A program made the position numbers and the translations under genes. This document shows positions 31,847 through 37,943 of a DNA stretch of 37,943 bases, in pieces; within the stretch, counting starts at the first letter, position 1, and each line of letters starts with the position of its first letter. Location of the stretch: contig JAUCBJ010005365.1 of assembly GCA_032718475.1 (NCBI GenBank), forward strand, positions 1 to 37,943, written 5' to 3'. This DNA is from Nemertoderma westbladi (lineage: Eukaryota; Animalia; Xenacoelomorpha). The notes beneath the pieces were generated by a model. The model searched no databases and had not been told where the DNA came from. It worked only from the letters and a program-made list of their open reading frames with translations.

Positions 31847-33910
31847 TTGTGGGGCGAGGCACGAAAGTGAGCATTCGGGTACCTCTCAATAACTAACTCA
31901 ATCGGTGCGTCTGTTATTCTGTTGTTCTGTTGTTCTGTTGTTCTGTTGTTCTGTTGTTCTGTTGTTCTGTTGTTCTGTTGTTCTGTTGTTCTGTTGTTCT
32001 GTTGTTCTGTTGTTCTGTTGTTCTGTTGTTCTGTTGTTCTGTTGTTCTGTTGTTCTGTTGTTCTGTTGTTCTGTTGTTCTGTTGTTCTGTTGTTCTGTTG
32101 TTCTGTTGTTCTGTTGTTCTGTTGTTCTGTTGTTCTGTTGTTCTGTTGTTCTGTTGTTCTGTTGTTCTGTTGTTCTGTTGTTCTGTTGTTCTGTTGTTCT
32201 GTTGTTCTGTTGTTCTGTTGTTCTGTTGTTCTGTTGTTCTGTTGTTCTGTTGTTCTGTTGTTCTGTTGTTCTGTTGTTCTGTTGTTCTGTTGTTCTGTTG
32301 TTCTGTTGTTCTGTTGTTCTGTTGTTCTGTTGTTCTGTTGTTCTGTTGTTCTGTTGTTCTGTTGTTCTGTTGTTCTGTTGTTCTGTTGTTCTGTTGTTCT
32401 GTTGTTCTGTTGTTCTGTTGTTCTGTTGTTCTGTTGTTCTGTTGTTCTGTTGTTCTGTTGTTCTGTTGTTCTGTTGTTCTGTTGTTCTGTTGTTCTGTTG
32501 TTCTGTTGTTCTGTTGTTCTGTTGTTCTGTTGTTCTGTTGTTCTGTTGTTCTGTTGTTCTGTTGTTCTGTTGTTCTGTTGTTCTGTTGTTCTGTTGTTCT
32601 GTTGTTCTGTTGTTCTGTTGTTCTGTTGTTCTGTTGTTCTGTTGTTCTGTTGTTCTGTTGTTCTGTTGTTCTGTTGTTCTGTTGTTCTGTTGTTCTGTTG
32701 TTCTGTTGTTCTGTTGTTCTGTTGTTCTGTTGTTCTGTTGTTCTGTTGTTCTGTTGTTCTGTTGTTCTGTTGTTCTGTTGTTCTGTTGTTCTGTTGTTCT
32801 GTTGTTCTGTTGTTCTGTTGTTCTGTTGTTCTGTTGTTCTGTTGTTCTGTTGTTCTGTTGTTCTGTTGTTCTGTTGTTCTGTTGTTATGTTGTTCTGTTG
32901 TTCTGTTGTGTCCAACTTTAAACGTTAATAACTCAGCCAAATGTTAATGAAATCTATCCAATATTGGTACACATGTAGTCTGGCAAAAGTTGAGAGATTT
33001 TACAAGTTGAATTTCCGTGTGGCCTTCGAGAAGGTAAGATAAATTCAGTTAATTAATTAATGATTAATTAATTAATGCTGGTTAGGGTAAAAACAGCAAT
33101 TTCAATATGACTTTTAATGGAAATTAATTATTTTATAGTATAAGATATAAATAATTATACTTAACAATTATACAGCTGTAATCCCCATACCCCATTCCAT
33201 TATAATTTTTAATTAGTTCAAGTGATTTGCTTTAAGAAATGTGTTTTTAATTGATCTCAACGTAATTAAGTCATTAAAATGCCCTCGCCACTCTATACCT
33301 CCCTCATTCCTTGGCATGCTTGCTATTGCCTATAATTTGGGAACCAGTCCAATCATCTCACCACTATTTGGCAACTGGTAATTACATCTATAGCATAGGA
33401 CATAGGCCGGCACTACTAGTGTAAGGTGCCATACTAATAAGTCAGCGTGCTTATTATTTATCTCGTAAAATTATTGCCAGAGTATTTCATCCTGATTCTT
33501 TCAAATAATTAGCTAAATAATTTCGTTGAGGTGTTGACATTATAAATTAATAATTTCAGTATCAATACTATCGGCATAAGGTGAGTTTTAATAAGTTTTA
33601 CAAATTGGGTTGCCTCCACACCTAAAAATATATTACTTTTAAAACACAATTTTCCTGTTAATACCTCTGCCTTTCATTAATCCTCTGTGCTCCTTTGCGG
33701 CTGGGGTGGTGCAGATTAAGAGGGCGGTTGAAGCGAAGGGGGGAACTTTCCTCTCTTCTTTGATTTATTCTTATAGGCGGTTTGGTTAAATTTCTTATTT
33801 ATTTATTTAAATTTCTTAAGTACCGATTTTGGGATAGAATTGCTCAATTTTAATCTGTATCTGATAACTGAGCGTAGTGCTGCGCGAAGGCCCCACGAAG
33901 GTGTATAGTT
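31847..33910 (+). mobile_element. HINE/DINE-1-like element with an expanded microsatellite
   Basis: Starts TTGTGGGGCGAG, has the microsatellite near the 5' end, and ends GTGCTGCGCGAAGGCCCCACGAAGGTGT, closely matching the element at 5269-5900. Confidence 0.7.
31910..32909. repeat. (TCTGTTGT)n microsatellite, ~125 copies
   Basis: Nearly perfect 8-bp repeat; it explains the 330-370-aa repetitive ORFs. Confidence 0.98.
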
Positions 33911-36249
33911 TATAGCTAATAGTGAATAATATTTTATAACAGAAAATAACAATTATTTTTGAAAAATACTTACTGCCTTGAAAATAATAAAAAATTAGCG
34001 GTGGCCGGCCCTAATGCTGGCCCAAAAATACGAGATGGTGGGGGGGGGGGGGGGATATGCGTCAAAACTCCACCCCCCGGTGGGGTCTTGACGCATATCC
34101 CATCACGGCGAATTAATATCTCGCCTTTATGTTAAAATATCAATAAAAGAAGAGGAGCAGGTTACAGTGGCACATTATTCTAACCAAAACAATAAATAAA
34201 CTAATGACAATAGAACAGGTTAAAGATATATTATTGGGAGTAATCAGCTGTTATAGATTTCCCATAAAGAGGAATGAATTTTGATAGCGTTGAACCTCCC
34301 ACCCCCCCCATCTGAAATTATACAAAATTTAATAATATGGTGCCTCCCACATATCCCGGACCTGAGAATCTGATTGGCGGAACTGCTGTACAGTAGTTAT
34401 GAAGCAGGGGATGATGGGGGTGTGGGTGTTGCTGCTTTGGTGAGGTAGTTCGGCAAAATTTTGTTAACATAATTTTTTTCAAAAAACAACTATATTTTTG
34501 GATAGTACTCAAGTCATATTCTGAACCTATCTGAACCCAATCTCGAGAATTATAACAAATCTGAATCCAATCTGAATCGAAAATAGAAAGAGGGGTGAAA
34601 AAAATTATTAATTTTTGCATTAACAATTTTGAAATTTGAAGAAATTTTACAATAAATAAATTTTTTAATTTAATTCAATTAAATGCACATTATATATATA
34701 TGTAGTCCTCATGTAAACAAATATTAAAATTAAAATGGAAAAATATAATACGATTAATTACTTAAATAAATGTAATCACTAACACAATATTAATTTACTC
34801 AAATCATATCAACAATTAATTAATTATATTTAATGCAAATACAACAATGTAGGCGTACTGTAGAGTCTATGCATCAATTCAGTATATGTACAAAATACAT
34901 AGTAATATTGTTAGTTAATATTATTTGGTACAGTATTATAGGCGGGTTGCATTGTTCACTGTTATAGTAATCACAGCAGTATAGTAGTGCAATGTGTTAG
35001 TTGGCAAAACCCTGATCTCGGTTGGATAATACTGTATACACTTATAGTAATGGGGTTAGTTAGGATTAGCCATCAAATTAATATTAATTAAGTCATTGGT
35101 TTTGGTTCGGTCCATATTTATTTACGTTTCTTTATATATCTCATTACTTCACATGAAACTTAATGTGACGCGGTCTATATTTCCATGCATCAGCCGCCAT
35201 TGAATTAATTTTACCCGCCCACATGATAGTAAGACTGTACTGTTTGACTTTATATACCCTTGCTAGCACCGAGAGAAACCTTCTCCCACCTGCAGTCTTA
35301 TTCCCTCAGTAAATCTTCGCCCAATTAATAATAACAACCCCGAGATACTAAATATGTGGTATCTATTTTGTATATTTAATATTATATTATATATATTATA
35401 TTATATTATATTTATTTTATATTTGTATATTTTTTTATATTTTTACATTCACAGTTTAGGCCTACCACAGAACACAATAGCACAAAAATAAGATTAATAA
35501 AATATATAATTTCCAAAGTATTTGTCATATAAATCACACCGCACGAAAGATAATGGTATGCCGCTATATATTCAAACATATAACATTGAGCGTAAATCGT
35601 CGTTACAGATGCCATTAACCACATCATACCACACAGATAAGATGTTACATAGTATACAAGCACTAACTTCTCCAGTTATGACTTACTAGTATTCTTGAAT
35701 AAGAAACACATCCGTTTAAAATGGGTGATAAATTACTGGAGGGTTATCAACCTTGCACTCTTTGGCCATCCGTTTGAAATCTGTACGGCACCGACTACGA
35801 CAATCAAACAATGTAAGAATTGCAAGAAAACGAGAGTCACGTAAAGTATGAGTAAATTTAATAGACCGTTTCCTGATCGTAACGTTGATTCTCGCAACCA
35901 ACAAAGTCTTCAACAATACATATTGAGCAACCACCCAAACCTTACTACTCCTAATACTAATATAATACTGGGGTGATTCCAGGTCACGAGGTGAGCTCCC
36001 ATAAAAGCTTGTTGTAAACAACCGCTGGATATGTGTTACACAGCCGCCAGGTAGTGCGAATGTAAATTCCTATCAGAGGCAAAAAATGAAACACACAAGT
36101 ACGGTAACCAGCACTTTTCAATTTGAATGTCACAAACATTTTAATTGACTTCTACGATGCTATAAATTCAGATTTTCAGGTTTTCTGTGGCGCTGATTCT
36201 AATGGAATACATTTCTAATTTTCCAGATCATTGCTACACGTATTTTTCT

Positions 36250-37807
<1,558 letters not shown>

Positions 37808-37943
37808 TTAAGTGTTGTTATTGAATTGCGACGGGGTATTTTTTTTTTTTAATAATACAATTCTATGTACATTGTATGCTACCCAATTCAGTAATACAAA
37901 TAACAGCATGTACAGTAGGGCCAGTACTGTACAAGTATATCTA

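Noticed and set aside
31834-32947. Five 330-370-aa ORFs (NNRTTEQQ / FCCSVVLL repeats)
   Set aside because: They are translations of the stop-free 8-bp microsatellite, not genes.
35716-36021. Possible retroelement remnant or ORF
   Set aside because: Only a vague GGL...-type resemblance on the plus strand, with stops; not enough to call.

Overview
AT-rich, repeat-dense animal (probably invertebrate) genomic DNA. A spliced host glutaminase (GLS) gene lies on the minus strand. I traced 10 phase-consistent GT-AG exons from 28803 down to 15299 (503 codons). No ankyrin-repeat C-terminal exons are visible, so they probably lie left of the window. Immediately 3' of the last visible exon, and probably inside an intron, sits a decaying Maverick/Polinton (adintovirus-like) endogenous DNA virus at ~2.7-11.3 kb. 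It carries a chromodomain-type retroviral integrase interrupted by an RTE LINE, two minor capsid (penton) paralogues, a basic core protein split by a Helentron-type insertion, a major capsid protein, an adenain protease and an intact 570-aa orphan ORF. The most striking feature is an intronless double-CHHC zinc-finger gene resembling the piRNA-pathway PIWI cofactor GTSF1/Asterix, with its own TATA/Inr promoter and an acidic Trp tail in the -1 frame. This suggests a possible virus-borne anti-piRNA factor. A hAT(m)-like transposon abuts the virus on the right. The glutaminase introns and upstream region hold many nested elements: Helentron/DINE-1-like HINEs with a 1-kb microsatellite expansion, a Merlin-like MITE, Gypsy gag-protease, L2, RTE and CRE fragments, a Penelope-type hammerhead ribozyme, a tRNA-like palindrome, a 25-bp minisatellite and a 1.5-kb duplication. 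All family assignments rest on motif recognition by eye; no searches were run.
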